This document shows, in pieces, positions 35,531-47,232 of a stretch of 64,000 bases of DNA. A program made the position numbers and the translations under genes. Numbering within the stretch: the first letter of the stretch is position 1; every line of letters starts with the position of its first letter. The DNA comes from Mustelus asterias (lineage: Eukaryota): positions 1,116,001 through 1,180,000 of the forward strand of contig NW_027590120.1 in assembly GCF_964213995.1 (NCBI RefSeq), read 5' to 3'. The notes beneath the pieces are model-generated. The model was not told where the DNA came from. It was given only the letters and a program-made list of their open reading frames with translations, and searched no databases.

Positions 35531-36928
35531 TGCATTCATATATAGAAGATGGACAGAGAAAGGAAAGATTTACAGTGCAGAGATCACAGAGAACAATTGT
35601 GTTTCACATGATCCAGAATCAAAATGTCGCTCTGGGAGAATGAGGTGTGAGTTTCTTTGTGTCTCCCAGATTGCTCCATTTGTTCAGGGGTCAGAAACAC
35701 ACACAGATTCAGCTATTTCTCCCATTTTAATAATTTTAGAAATAGCTATGAGGATATCAATACATGTTTTCAAAGAAGTATGCAGTGTGAGGTCCCAGCC
35801 CCCTCACCGATGGAAACCCATTCTTGGAGATGGAACAGGTGTGTGGTTGGAAGGGCATCGGGGGTGGGGGGTGAGACCCAGAGTAATGTTCTGGGAACTG
35901 AGGTTCAAATCCTGCCATGGCAGGTGGTGGAATTTACATTGAATACAAGTTTGAATTTGAAAGGCTAATGATGAGCAAAAAAATCATTATTGATTATCAT
36001 AAAAACCCATTGGGTTCACTGGTGCTGTTTAGGGAAAAACAAATCTGCCATCTTCACCTGGTCTGGCCTACATGTATCTCCAGATCTGCAATGTGGTTGA
36101 ATCTTAAATTCCCTCTGATATGGCACAGCAAGCCACTCAGTTGTACCCAACTAGTACAAAGTTACTAAAAAGGTATGGAAATGGGCAGACCAGGCATAGG
36201 CCTTGGCACGGGAAACGGCCTTGTCGACCCTGCAAAGTCAGATTTAGAAAATAAATATTTGAAGCTGGTTGTAAACAGCCTGCTTCAGCACCAGAGTGGG
36301 ATGGTGTCAGTGTCCACGGGGTGGAGTTTGTAGCACGGACTGAAGACAATCGTTTCATGTTTCTCACTCTTTAAATGGAGGAAACTTCTCCGAATCCAGG
36401 ACAGGATCTCAGTCCAGTCGCGATGCTGTGTGACTTTGAGGTGATGATGTTCACATTCACCTGTGAACCTGGTCTTTCTAAATGGTGGAGGTTGAGGGTT
36501 TGGGAGTTTCTATCTGGTTGTAGATGTATCCACTCCTTCACCTCTTCTCCTCCCACATCTCTTAATCCCGCCCATCCGCTGCCTCTTCACATTGAAGCTC
36601 TGGTCTTGTATAGGTTCAGACTGGCTCAAAGGTTCCCTTCCCTGAAGGACATTAGTGAACCAGTTGGGTTTTTATGACAATCCATCAGTTTTCTTGGTCT
36701 CTTTTTCCCAGTGCCGGCCCCACAAATTACCAGATTCATTCAGCTCCATTTCACAACCTGCCTTGGTGATTTTGTGGGTTTTCTCTCACTCTCTTTTCTT
36801 TTTTAAATCAATTTCACAGCATATTCAAAGGTGAGGATTTGCAGTCAGAAAACTGAAACCAAACATCACATCAGGATCAGACAGAGTCGCCCAATTTATC
36901 GTAATATGCGTATCATTGGATTTTGAAC

Positions 36929-37774
36929 ATGGAAGGAAAAAGCACCGCTCACAGTGGGGAGAAACTGTACACGTGTTCCGTGTGTGGACGAGGATTCAGC
37001 CGTTTATCTGGCCTGTCAAAACATAAATGCAGTCACGGTGGGGAGAAATTGTGGAAATGTGAGTGTTGTGGCAAGGGATTCAGTTCCCCATCAGAGCTGG
37101 AAATTCATCGACGGTGTCACACTGGGGAGAGACCGTTCACCTGCTCCGAGTGTGGGAAAGGATTCACTCAGTTGTCCCACCTGGTGAGACACCAGCGAAT
37201 TCACACTGGGGAGAGACCTTTCACCTGCTCTGTGTGCAAGGTGGGATTCACTCAGTCAGCCCACCTGGTGTCACACCAGCGAGTTCACACGGGAGAGAGA
37301 CCATTCACCTGCTCCGAGTGCAAAATGGGATTCACTCAGTCAACCCACCTGGTGACACACCAGCGAGTTCACACTGGGGAGAGACCATTCACCTGCTCCG
37401 AGTGTGGGAAGAAATTCAGCCGGTCGTTTCACCTTCTGATTCACCAGCGAATTCACTCTGGAGAGAGACCATTCACCTGCTCTGAGTGTGAGAAGGCATT
37501 CATTACATCAACAGAACTGTTGACACACCAGCGGATTCACACTGAGGATAACCCGTTCACCTGCTCCAAATGTGGGAAGGAATTCGCTAACTCTTCGAAC
37601 CTGATCTGCCATCAACGGATTCACACTGACGAGAGACCTTTTAAATGCCCAGACTGTGGAAAGTGCTTTAAAAGTTTTGGGAACTTGATGACCCATCAAC
37701 GGGTTCACACTCGAGTCCGTTCAGATGCTTTCACTGTGGGACTGAGTTCAGACAATCATCTCCTCTCACTGTAA
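36929..37774 (+). CDS. C2H2 zinc-finger protein E (9 fingers, then frameshifted tail)
   Basis: ATG at 36929, [16 protein letters not shown]...; canonical linkers. Two further decayed fingers run out of frame to about 37865. Confidence 0.82.
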   Translation: MEGKSTAHSGEKLYTCSVCGRGFSRLSGLSKHKCSHGGEKLWKCECCGKGFSSPSELEIHRRCHTGERPFTCSECGKGFTQLSHLVRHQRIHTGERPFTCSVCKVGFTQSAHLVSHQRVHTGERPFTCSECKMGFTQSTHLVTHQRVHTGERPFTCSECGKKFSRSFHLLIHQRIHSGERPFTCSECEKAFITSTELLTHQRIHTEDNPFTCSKCGKEFANSSNLICHQRIHTDERPFKCPDCGKCFKSFGNLMTHQRVHTRVRSDAFTVGLSSDNHLLSL

Positions 37775-39479
37775 ACCAGCGAGTTCACACTGGGGAGAAA
37801 CCATTCATCTGCTTCAAGTGTGGGAAAGGATTCAATCAGTCATCCAACGTGCTGACACACCAGCCAGATTGGAGTTTGCTGTTAATCACATCCAGAACTG
37901 AACTATATTTATTGGGGTCTGATGTTAACAATATCCAGTGCAGATTTAGATATTAGTATTCTGGGTTAAAAATAAAAAAACATCAACTTTGTTTTAATTT
38001 TTGAATGACTGCATCTTCATTTGGGAGGCTGGGATTATCCCCGTTTCGAGGGAACTAAGGAATAGACCATAAGCCGTAGGAGCAGCATTCGGCCATTCAG
38101 CCTTCATTATAACAATGATCCCATTGTGATTCCTGCTGATTGGGAAATGTGCGATATTGATGCCAGTCTGTCTTTCTTTAATTATCTTCAATCCCAGTCC
38201 TCTGGTTACTGACCCGCATCAGTGGAACAGTTTCTCCCGATCTGCTCTATCAAACCACCCGTCCCCACCCCGATCATCTTGAACAGATCCATGAAATCTC
38301 CATTTCAGCTTCTTTGTTCTAAAGGGAACACATTTGGGGGAGGCGATGTCTAATGGTATTATCGATAGACTATTAATCCAGAAACCCAGCTAATGTTCTG
38401 GGGACCTGGATTCGAATCCACATGTTGAAAAAGATGAACAGTGTCTGTGGTACCTGCTGGATGTGGTGCAGCACATTTCCCAGGACATTGGAGCAGTAAT
38501 GAATGAGGCCAGGATGACAGATTCGAAACAACATTATATTCTTTATGCTTGAAACCTGTCTTAGAATTCTCTTCATTAACTGGACCATCAATGTGAGGGG
38601 AATTAGCATCTTCTGTAATTCCAGAACCCAGAGACACTGATTACCCAAGGATGTTGTTCTGTAATTTACACTATCCCCCAGCAGGGCTCTTCACCCAGGC
38701 TGACAAGAGGCAGCTCAGTGTTAGTGATTTGTCACTGCTGCTGTCCCAGATGTTGTTCAATATAGATTCAAGTTTAGAGAAAGGAGTGGAAATGGGTAAT
38801 CAGAACTGCTCACTGTCCCTGACGGGTAATGGTTACTTGAATTTCTCAAACATCGTAGTTTGTAAAGCCACTGTTATTTCATCTCCAGTATTAGTCAGAA
38901 TGGGCTATATTCTCCACATGATAGGGCTGGAATTATCTGTGTGGGTGTGTGTCTATGAATGAAGATGTCTGTTTGGTTGTGGGTATGTCTCTATGTTTGC
39001 CCATGTCTGTGTAAGAGACAGGGAGAGAGAGTGTGTTTGGATCTCTGTGTTTGGATATCTTTATGTGCTGCTTCTTCTTAGGTGCTTCCTCTCAAAGGTT
39101 CCTCTCCGGGTGATTTGAATAGAATCATTCAGAGATTCTGCATCCTGGGTGAATCCACAGGCTGACCATATGCTGTGTAAAACCTGACATCCACACCACC
39201 AGACCCCACTTTTCCTGGAACAACATCAAGTGTTTGCTGCTTTCCTGATCCTTCCTTTTCCCTCCCTTTTCAATTATATCACTTCTCATTATTCTGAATT
39301 TCAGAGAGGACAGACTCATCCCACTGAATGTCCTCCAAGGACAACCACCTCATCTCAGGAATCAATCCAGTGAAATTTAGTTGCACAAAGACAGTGAGCA
39401 AATAGAACAAAGACCAAAAGAGTGAAATAGAGACACAGACAGAGACTGTTAGAGTGAAAGAGACTGAGTGAGATTTACA

Positions 39480-40270
39480 GTCAGAGTCATACAGTGCAGA
39501 AAACACCCTTCGACCCATCGAGTCTGCACCAACAATAGCTACCACTAAACCCCATGCTAATCCCATTTTCCAGCACCTGTCCCAGATCCTTATCTGAATG
39601 CTATAATATTTCAAGTGCTCATCCAAATACTTTTTAAAGGTTGTTAAGTTTCCAGCCTCCACTACCTTCCCAGGCAGTTTATTACAGATTCCCACCACCC
39701 TCTGATTTTTTTTTTCTCAACTTCCCTCTGAATCTCTTGTCAGGCACCCTAAAACTATGTCCCCTCATGATTGACCCCCTCAACCAAGGGTTCTACTCAC
39801 CCGATCCATATCCTTCATAATCTTATTCACCACAGTCATGTCCCCCTCAGCTTTCTCTGCTCTGCTCTAAACACTCCAAACCTATCCAGTCTCCTTATAG
39901 CTCAAATGTTCCATCCCAGGCAACATCCTGGTGAATCTCCTCTGTACCCCCTCCAGTGCAATCACATCCTTCCTGGAGTGAGGTGACTCGAACTGCACAC
40001 GGTACTCCAGCTGTGGCCTAACCAACATTCTGTACAGCTCCAACATTATCTCTTTGTTCTTATACTGTATGCCACGACTGATAAAAGCAAGTGTCTCATA
40101 TGCCTTCTTATCTATTCTATTCAGCTGCTCTGTTACCTTAAGTGAATAAGTACCCCAAGATCCCCATCTGCTCCTCTGATTTTACCTCGTGTCCTTCCAT
40201 TCATTAATTATTTCTTTGTCTTGTTACTTCTTCCAAAGTGCATCACTTCGCACTTATCAAGATTAAATAC
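39480..40270 (-). mobile_element. Decayed CR1 3' portion
   Basis: VVGICNKLPGKVVEAG..TFKKYLDEHL C-terminus and RPQLEY-type homology. Confidence 0.75.
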
Positions 40271-40689
40271 CATATTTTTTTTATTCATTTGTGGGACATG
40301 GGCGTCGCTAGTTGGCCATCCCGAGTTGCCCTTAAGAAGGTGGTGGTGAGCTACCTTCTTGAATCACTGCAGCTCGTGTGCTGTGGGTTTACCTACAATG
40401 TGGTTAGGGAGGGAATTCCAGGATTTTGTCCCAGCGACTGTGACGGAATGGTGATATATTTTGAAGTCGACCACTGTTCTGCCCATGTGACCAACCCAAC
40501 TATATTGTGCTGCAACCTACGACAGAGTGGGGAAGACTCTAAAAGGACCCTGGGTCTCTGGAATGCTCATCCAGTAACAATTCCACCATGCACATTGGTA
40601 GATGTATCAATTGGTTGAATAATTTTATATATTAACCCTGTAGTTCTGATCGTAATTGGATGACAAAGCACAATTTTGTGTTGAACATT

Positions 40690-40965
40690 ATCTCCTTCCT
40701 ATGGCGGTCCTCTTACCCAGCATTCGCAGCGAGAGAGAATGTGCCGTATTGTCACAAGAGCAGCCGCTTGCGCAGGCGCAGTACCTGATTCTGAGTGGAG
40801 CATGCGCTGTGCGGATTCGGACTGGCCCATGCGCAGTGTGGGTGCTGGAGCTGCAGGGAGGCGGGGAAGTGGGTGCAGAGGCTTCAGAAACAGTTAGTGG
40901 AGGAGGCCTCAAAACCCAGAATAAGGAACCCCCGGGCCCAAGTTTGCACCGACCCGGGGGGTAAT
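40690..40965 (+). promoter_or_regulatory. CpG-rich promoter/first exon of ZNF locus F
   Basis: gcgcaggcgca and gcatgcgc NRF1-like motifs; paralogous to the region starting at 32255. Confidence 0.55.
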
Positions 40966-41615
40966 TGCAGCAGCTCTAAAATCGGGGAGGTGGTGGTAAT
41001 ATCAGTGACACAGCCTCATGTTCTGGGGATGGGTTCAAGTCCCATCATGGAGCTGGGGGGGTTTAAATAGAATTCACAAAACGCTGGAAAATCTGGAATA
41101 TAATTTCACTTGAGTAACCATTACAGCTGTGAACAATTTTAAAAACCCATCCTGTTTATTCATGGGAATCTGCTGTCTCTCCATAGACTTGTCAACATGC
41201 GATTCAGTCTCTAACTGCCCTCCTCAGGGGCAGGAAATAAATGCTGGTCTTGGCAATAAAACCACATCACATGAAATAGTGAAGGAGAAACACTGATAGA
41301 CTTGGGTTAATGGATGTCATCTTTCTCGGGAGCAGGACACAGGCACGGTTATCACTGTCCCTGTGAGAAAATGTGAATTTCTATCCTGGACTGACATTGA
41401 TAGATTTTGGAGTCTCCTTTTCCAGAGGGTGAGAAGGGGAGGATTTACACACAGTAAACTCAAACCAAGTTTGCTTCAATTTTTAACTTTGGACTTTTTC
41501 TTACAGGATATTAGAAGCGCAGGAGTGGAAGGGAGAAAACTCAAACCAAACATCGCATCAGGATCCGACGCTATCGCCTAAATTAGTGTAATCTGAATAT
41601 CATTGGGTTTTGAAC

Positions 41616-44010
41616 ATGGAGGGGGAAAGCACGGTTAACAGTGGAGAGAAACTGTACACGTGTTCTGTGTGTGGACGAACATTCAGCCGATCATCTGGCC
41701 TGTTGAAACATAAATGCAGTCACAACAGGGAGAAACAATGGAAATGTGGAGACTGTGGGAAGAGATTCAGATTTCCATCTGAACTGAAAACTCATCGACA
41801 CAATCACACTGGAGAGAGACGACACAAAACTGGCAGGACTTGCAGATAGTGAGGAACATTGTCAGAGGCTACAGAAGGATATAGATAGGCTGGAAATTTG
41901 GGCAAGGAAATGGCAGATGGAGTTCAATCCTGATAAATGAGAAGTGATGCATTTTGGTGGGAATAATGTAGGGAGGAGCTACACGATAAATGGAAGAACC
42001 ATAAAGGGTGTAGAGTCGCAGAGGGACCTGGGTGTGCAAGTCCACAGATCTTTGAAGGTGACGTCACAGGTGGAGAAGGTGGTGAAGAAGGCATATGGCA
42101 TGCTTGCCTTTATAGGAGGGGGCATAGAGTATAAGAGTTGGGGTCTGATGTTGCAGATGTATAGAACGTTGGTTCGGCCGCATTTGGAATACTGCGTCCA
42201 GTTCTGGTCGCCACACTACCAGAAGGACGTGGAGGCTTTGGAGAGAGTACAGAGGAGGTTTACCAGGATGTTGCCTGGTATGGAGGGGCTTGGTTATGAG
42301 GAGAGATTGGGGAAACTGGGGTTGTTCTCCTTGGAAAGACGGAGGATGAGGGGAGACTTAATAGAGGTGTATAAAATTATGAAAGGCATAGATAGGGTGA
42401 ACGGTGGGAAGCTTTTCCCCGGGTCGGTGGTGACGTTCACGAGGGGTCATAGGTTCAAGGTGAAGGGGGGGAGGTTTAACACAGATATCAGAAGGACATA
42501 TTTCACACAGAGGGTCGTGGGGGCCTGGAATGTGTTGCCGGGCAAGGTGGTGAAGGCGGACACACTGGGAACGTTTAAGACTTATCTAGACAGCTATATG
42601 AACGGAGTGGGAATGGAGGGATACAAAAGAGTGGTCTAGTTTGGACCAGGGAGCGGCGCGGGCTAATTGTTCCTTGTTTCTCGTTTCAAGGCTTCATTCT
42701 ATGATCATCTTGCTGGTGCCAGTACAGAGCGAGACTGCGGATAGTTGGGAACCTGTCTCGGGGGCAGGGAATTCATATGGTGTTTGTGGAAGTGGAAATG
42801 ACTAGGGTTGGGAAGCATTTTCCGATCAGGGCCATTGTGATCTCCTGGACTCGTTTCGATCGCCTCAGGGGGTCGGAGAGGAATTTCCCAGATTCTTTTT
42901 CCCCATATTGGCCCTGGGGTTTTCACTCTGGGTTTTCGCCTCTCCCTGGAGATCACATGGTCTGGAATGGGGGGGTGGGGGTGAGTTAATAGGTTGTGAT
43001 GAACAAAGCATCGTAGCTGTGAGGGACAGCTCGGTGGATAGGATATTGGTATGTAGATAGGCTGGAAAATTGGGCGGGGATCCTGGATTCAGGATTCAAT
43101 CCTGGACCGGGGAGCGGCGCGGGCTTGGAGGGCCGAAGGGCCTGTTCCTGTGCTGTATTGTTCTTTGTTCTTGAGACCATTCACCTGCTCTGAGTGTGGG
43201 AAGGGATTCACTACCTCATCCATCTTGCTGACACACCGGCGAGTTCACACTGGGGAGAGACCGTTCACCTGCTCCAAGTGTGGGATGGGATTCATTTGTT
43301 CATCGCATCTGCTGAAACACTGGTGGGTTCACACTGGGGAGAGGCCATTCAACTGTCATGAGTGTGGGAAGGGATTCGCTACCTCATCAATCCTGCTGAC
43401 ACACCAGAGAGTTCACACTAGAGAGAGACCATTCAGATGCTCTGATTGTGGGAAGGGATTCCCTACCTCTTCTATCCTGCTGAAACACCAGCGAGTTCAC
43501 ACTGGAGAGAGCCCGTTCACCTGCTCTGAGTGTGGAAAGGGATTCACTGATTCATCCGACCTGCTGAAACACCAGAGAATTCATAATGGGGAGAGGCCAT
43601 TTATCTGCTCCGAATGTGGAAAGGGATTTACCCAGTCATTCAACCTCCTAAAACACCAGCGAGGTCACACCGGAGAGAAGCCGTTCACCTGCTCTGAGTG
43701 TGGGAAGGGCTTCAGTCAGTCATTCATCTTGTTGAAACACCAGCGAGTTCACACTGGGGAGAGGCCATTCACTTGCTCCAGTTGTGGGAAGGGATTTATT
43801 GATTCATCCACCCTGCAGAGACACCAGCGAGTTCACACCGGGGAGAGACCATTCACCTGCTCTGATTGTGGTAAGAGATTCAGTCAATCATCCAACCTGG
43901 TAAAGCACCAGCGAATTCACACTGGGGACAAGCCATTCACCTGCTCCGTGTGTGGGAAGGGATTCACTCAGTCACCTCACTTGCTGAAACACCAGCGTGT
44001 TCACGAGTGA
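41616..44010 (+). pseudogene. C2H2 zinc-finger locus F (12 fingers), split by a CR1 insertion at 41821-43172
   Basis: Two fingers at 41616-41820 and ten at 43173-44010. Removing the insert and one gagac copy restores ...HTGERPFTC... in frame with no stops. Confidence 0.85.
41821..43172 (+). mobile_element. 5'-truncated young CR1 with long 3'UTR and 5-bp TSD
   Basis: Starts at the (A)DDTKLAG codons, RT C-terminus at 41944-42639, tail tgttctttgttctt. gagac at 41816-41820 and 43173-43177. Confidence 0.92.
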
Positions 44011-44199
44011 CTGCAAGGACTGGATTTTGCTCTTAATCACATCAAGGTCCTGACTATTTTCATTGGTGTCTGTTTCTGCTGATAAATCCTAGCCCAGCTG
44101 GAAGGTTTATATTTTGGGTGGAACTCAAATACACAAGCTTTATGTTCAACACAGTGTGATGAATGCTTTTAATACCTCAAACATGTTAGTTCCATTTGA

Positions 44200-44380
44200 A
44201 GGGCTTCCCCCTCTCCCGTCTCCTCCATCCTCACCTCCAACAAGTGTGAGGAGCTCATGGAGCTTCTTTGTCACCAAGATTGAGACAATCTGATCAGCTG
44301 TCTCTGCTCCTTCCCTCTCTTCCATTCGCCCACCGGGCCAAACTGTCTTTAAATTTCCTTCTGGCCTGACTCTTGAACTC
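44200..44380 (+). mobile_element. L2-type LINE relic downstream of locus F
   Basis: ctccaacaagtgtgaggagctcatgg..ttctttgtcaccaagattgagacaatc (FFVTKIETI-like). Confidence 0.55.
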
Positions 44381-44457
44381 ATAAATACAAACAGGAAGTG
44401 CTGTAAAAACACGCGGGTCTGACAGCACCTCTGGCGAGAGAAACAGATTTAATGTTT

Positions 44458-44645
44458 TGGGAGGCACGGTAGCACAGTGGTTAGCACTGCTGCTTCACAG
44501 CGCCAGGGACCCAGATTTGATTGCCGGCTTGGGTCACTGTCTGTGTGGAGTTTGCACATTCTCCCCGTGTCTGCGTGGGTTTCCTCCAGGTGCTCCGGTT
44601 TCCTCCCACATTCTGAAAGACGTGCTGGTTAGACGCATTGACCCG
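44458..44645 (+). mobile_element. HE1-type SINE 5' part
   Basis: gggaggcacggtagcacagtggttagcactgctgc head. Confidence 0.8.
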
Positions 44646-44649
44646 AACA

Positions 44650-44980
44650 GCTTGTCTGGACTTGCAGAATCTCACTGGCTGTCCTGTCTGGAGACAATAC
44701 ACATCTCTTTAACGTGTGCTTAATGCTCCCTCCATTCACATTGTTTGTACCTTTAAGACTTGAATATCTGTAAAGACTGCATTCCAATCATTATTCTGTA
44801 AATTGAGTTTGTGTCTCTGTATACCCTATTAGTGAGCATTTCTCCACTCCACCTGACGAAGGGGCAGCGCTCCAAAAGCTAGTGGCATTTGCGACCAAAT
44901 AAACCTGTTGGACTTTAACCTGGTGTTGTTAAACTTCTTATTGTCTTTACCCCAGTCAACGCCGGCATCTCCACATCATG
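44650..44980 (+). mobile_element. Penelope-like pseudo-LTR (family 1) with mutated hammerhead core
   Basis: ccac-ctgacga-a-ggggc-agc-gctcc-AAAA-gcta-gtgg (GAAA to AAAA), followed by ccaaataaacctgttggactttaacctgg. Confidence 0.75.
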
Positions 44981-44981
44981 G

Positions 44982-45830
44982 ATTCAGTTCTCCAGCTCCT
45001 GTCTGCAGACTGAATAAAACCAATGGGTCTTATTGGGGGTGTTGGGGCCTCCAGCGGGTGTTTGTGAATCCTCCCCGCCCACCTCCCAGGGTTTCCTTCC
45101 TTCCCAGAGATCAGAGTCCTCATTGATTTGAGGCCAAAGTGTAACCTCTTATTTATTGTCCCCCTCCCCCATCCTCTGATGTGAACCATCCTCCAGTGGC
45201 TGAGCCAGGATGGGGCCGTTAACCTGGGCCTGTTCCCGGGAGGGAGGGAGGGAGGGAGAAGCCCCGCAGCTGCAAACCAGGGAGCTGACAATGATTCGGA
45301 AGGGTTTGCGGATCCACAAAGTGTTTCCAAATCCTCCCAGCCACCGCCTAACGCTGACTCCGCTTCTCCGGGACAAACAACCGCCAAGGACAGCAATGAC
45401 ACTGCGCATGCTCCACATCACAATGCCCGGCACTGATTGACGGCAGCTCCGGACCAATAGGAAGAGGGGGCGGGGCTGGAGGACTGAGCGGGAGCGGCTG
45501 GTCCTCCGACCAATCAGAGTGAATGAGGGGCGGGACCTGAAGCATGCGCAGTGCGGGTAATGGCGACGGACAGACGGATGGTTTTAACTTGGAAGCGAGA
45601 GCAATACGAGGTAGAGGGCGGCGCGCGGGGAATGATAAATGTGGCGGGTGGGTGGAGAGGCTTTGTAAACATGTTGTTCAAACCCAAAACCAAACCCCAA
45701 CCCCGGAAATGAACTTCCCGGTCCCCCCCTTTGTACCAAATGGAGCGGCAGCTTGTCGTGTTAGACCCGGGCTGACTGCCGCCATTGAGGCTGCATGTGG
45801 GAGGCCGGCAGGGATTGTGATCGGAGAGTG
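44982..45830. promoter_or_regulatory. CpG-island bidirectional promoter; left arm is an inverted copy of 13896-14448, right arm leads toward locus G
   Basis: Near-identical reverse complement of the locus-B promoter/first exon; gcatgcgca at about 45405 and 45542. Confidence 0.7.
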
Positions 45831-45836
45831 AAGCCC

Positions 45837-45918
45837 TGACGTCACAATGGAATGGGTGACAGTGTGACGTCACAATGGAATGGGTGAGGGTGTGATGTCA
45901 CAATGGAATGGGTGAGGG
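45837..45918 (+). repeat. 28-bp tandem repeat x3 carrying CRE palindromes
   Basis: tgacgtcacaatggaatgggtga(c/g)(a/g)gtg units at 45837, 45865 and 45893. Confidence 0.85.
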
Positions 45919-45967
45919 TTCCAGATGAGCTGAGACTGGGCTGGAGTCGGGCGATGGCACTGACATG

Positions 45968-46262
45968 TGGCCCGGTGGCACAGTGGTTAGTGCAGCTGCC
46001 TAACAGCGCCAGGGACCCGGGTTCAATTCCAGCCTCGGGTCGCTGTCTGTGCAGAGTTTCTACATTCTCCCCGTGTCTGTGTGGGTTTCCTCCAGGTGTT
46101 CCGGTTTCCTTCCACAGTCCAAAGATGTGCCGGTTAGACGGATTGGCCATGATAAATTGCCACTTGGTATCGGGGAATTAACAGGTAAATATGTGGATAG
46201 GGCCTGGATGGGATTGTTGTCGGTGCAGGCTCGATGGGCTGAATGGCCTCCTTCTACACTGT
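45968..46262 (+). mobile_element. HE1-type SINE
   Basis: ggtggcacagtggttagtgcagctgcc...gatgggctgaatggcctccttctacactgt. Confidence 0.8.
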
Positions 46263-46693
46263 ATTTTATTATTCATTATTGTTAATTAATTACTATTAAT
46301 GCTTCTATGAATGACGGTGGTCTCTGATGATGATGTGGACATGTGGCTGGAAGCTCATCTTGGGATGAACTATTTCACCCTGGTTGTGAACAGCCGGGTT
46401 CAGCCTCAAGACAGTTGCCAGGAGGAGAGATAAAGTTGTTGGCGAGGGAGTGGAGTTTGTAGTGGGGACTGAACACAATGGGTTCAGTCTTCCCAGAATT
46501 TATATGAAATAAATTTCTGATCTTTCAGTACTGGATGTCAGACAAGTCAGGATGGTGTGTGGGTTGGAGAGGAACTTGGAGCTGATGGTGTTCACAGGGT
46601 TTGGAAATTCTGTCAAAGTTCCTGTTGAGTTGTAGATGTATAAAATCTCTCCTCACCTCCGGCCTCTCCTACTTCTCTCTGTTTCCACTCAGA

Positions 46694-47232
46694 GTGTGGA
46701 GATGCCGGCGTTGGACTGGGGTAAGCACAGTAGGAAGTCTCACAACACCACGTTAAAGTCCAGCTGCCAAATAAACCACAGCAGGAGGTTTATTTGGTAG
46801 CACAAGCCACAAGCTTTTGGAGCGCAGCCCCTTCATCAGGTGAGTGGGAGTCGTGATCCCAAACAGGGCATATAAAGACACAAACTCAATTTACAAGATA
46901 ATGGTTGGAATGTGAGTCTTTACAGGTAATCAAGTCTTAAAGGTACAGACAATGTGAGTGGAGAGAGGATTAAGCACAGATTAAAGAGGTGTGTATTGTC
47001 TGCATGTGGAGATGCAGGCGTTGGACTGGGGTAAACACAGTAAGGAGTCTAACAACACCAGGTTAAAGTCCAACAGGTTTATTTGGTAGCAAATGCCACT
47101 AGCTTTCGGAGCGCTGCTCCTTCATCAGATGAAGGACAGTTAGCGAGATTTTGCAAGCCCAGGCAAGTTGTGGGGGGTTATAGATAGTGTGACATGAACC
47201 CAAGATCCCGGTTGAGGCCGTCCTCATGTGTG
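46694..47232 (-). mobile_element. Two tandem Penelope-like pseudo-LTRs with GIY-YIG ORF tail
   Basis: gtggagatgc.ggcgttggactgggg starts at about 46696 and 47006; THEDGLNRDLGFMSHYL at 47178-47232. Confidence 0.75.
47097..47131 (-). ncRNA. Minimal hammerhead ribozyme core
   Basis: Minus strand CAU-CUGAUGA-A-GGAGC-AGC-GCUCC-GAAA-GC-UA-GUG. Confidence 0.65.

Noticed and set aside
38425-38960. Unique-looking segment with 90-100 aa ORFs
   Set aside because: No domain signature, and the ORFs run into a SINE fragment.
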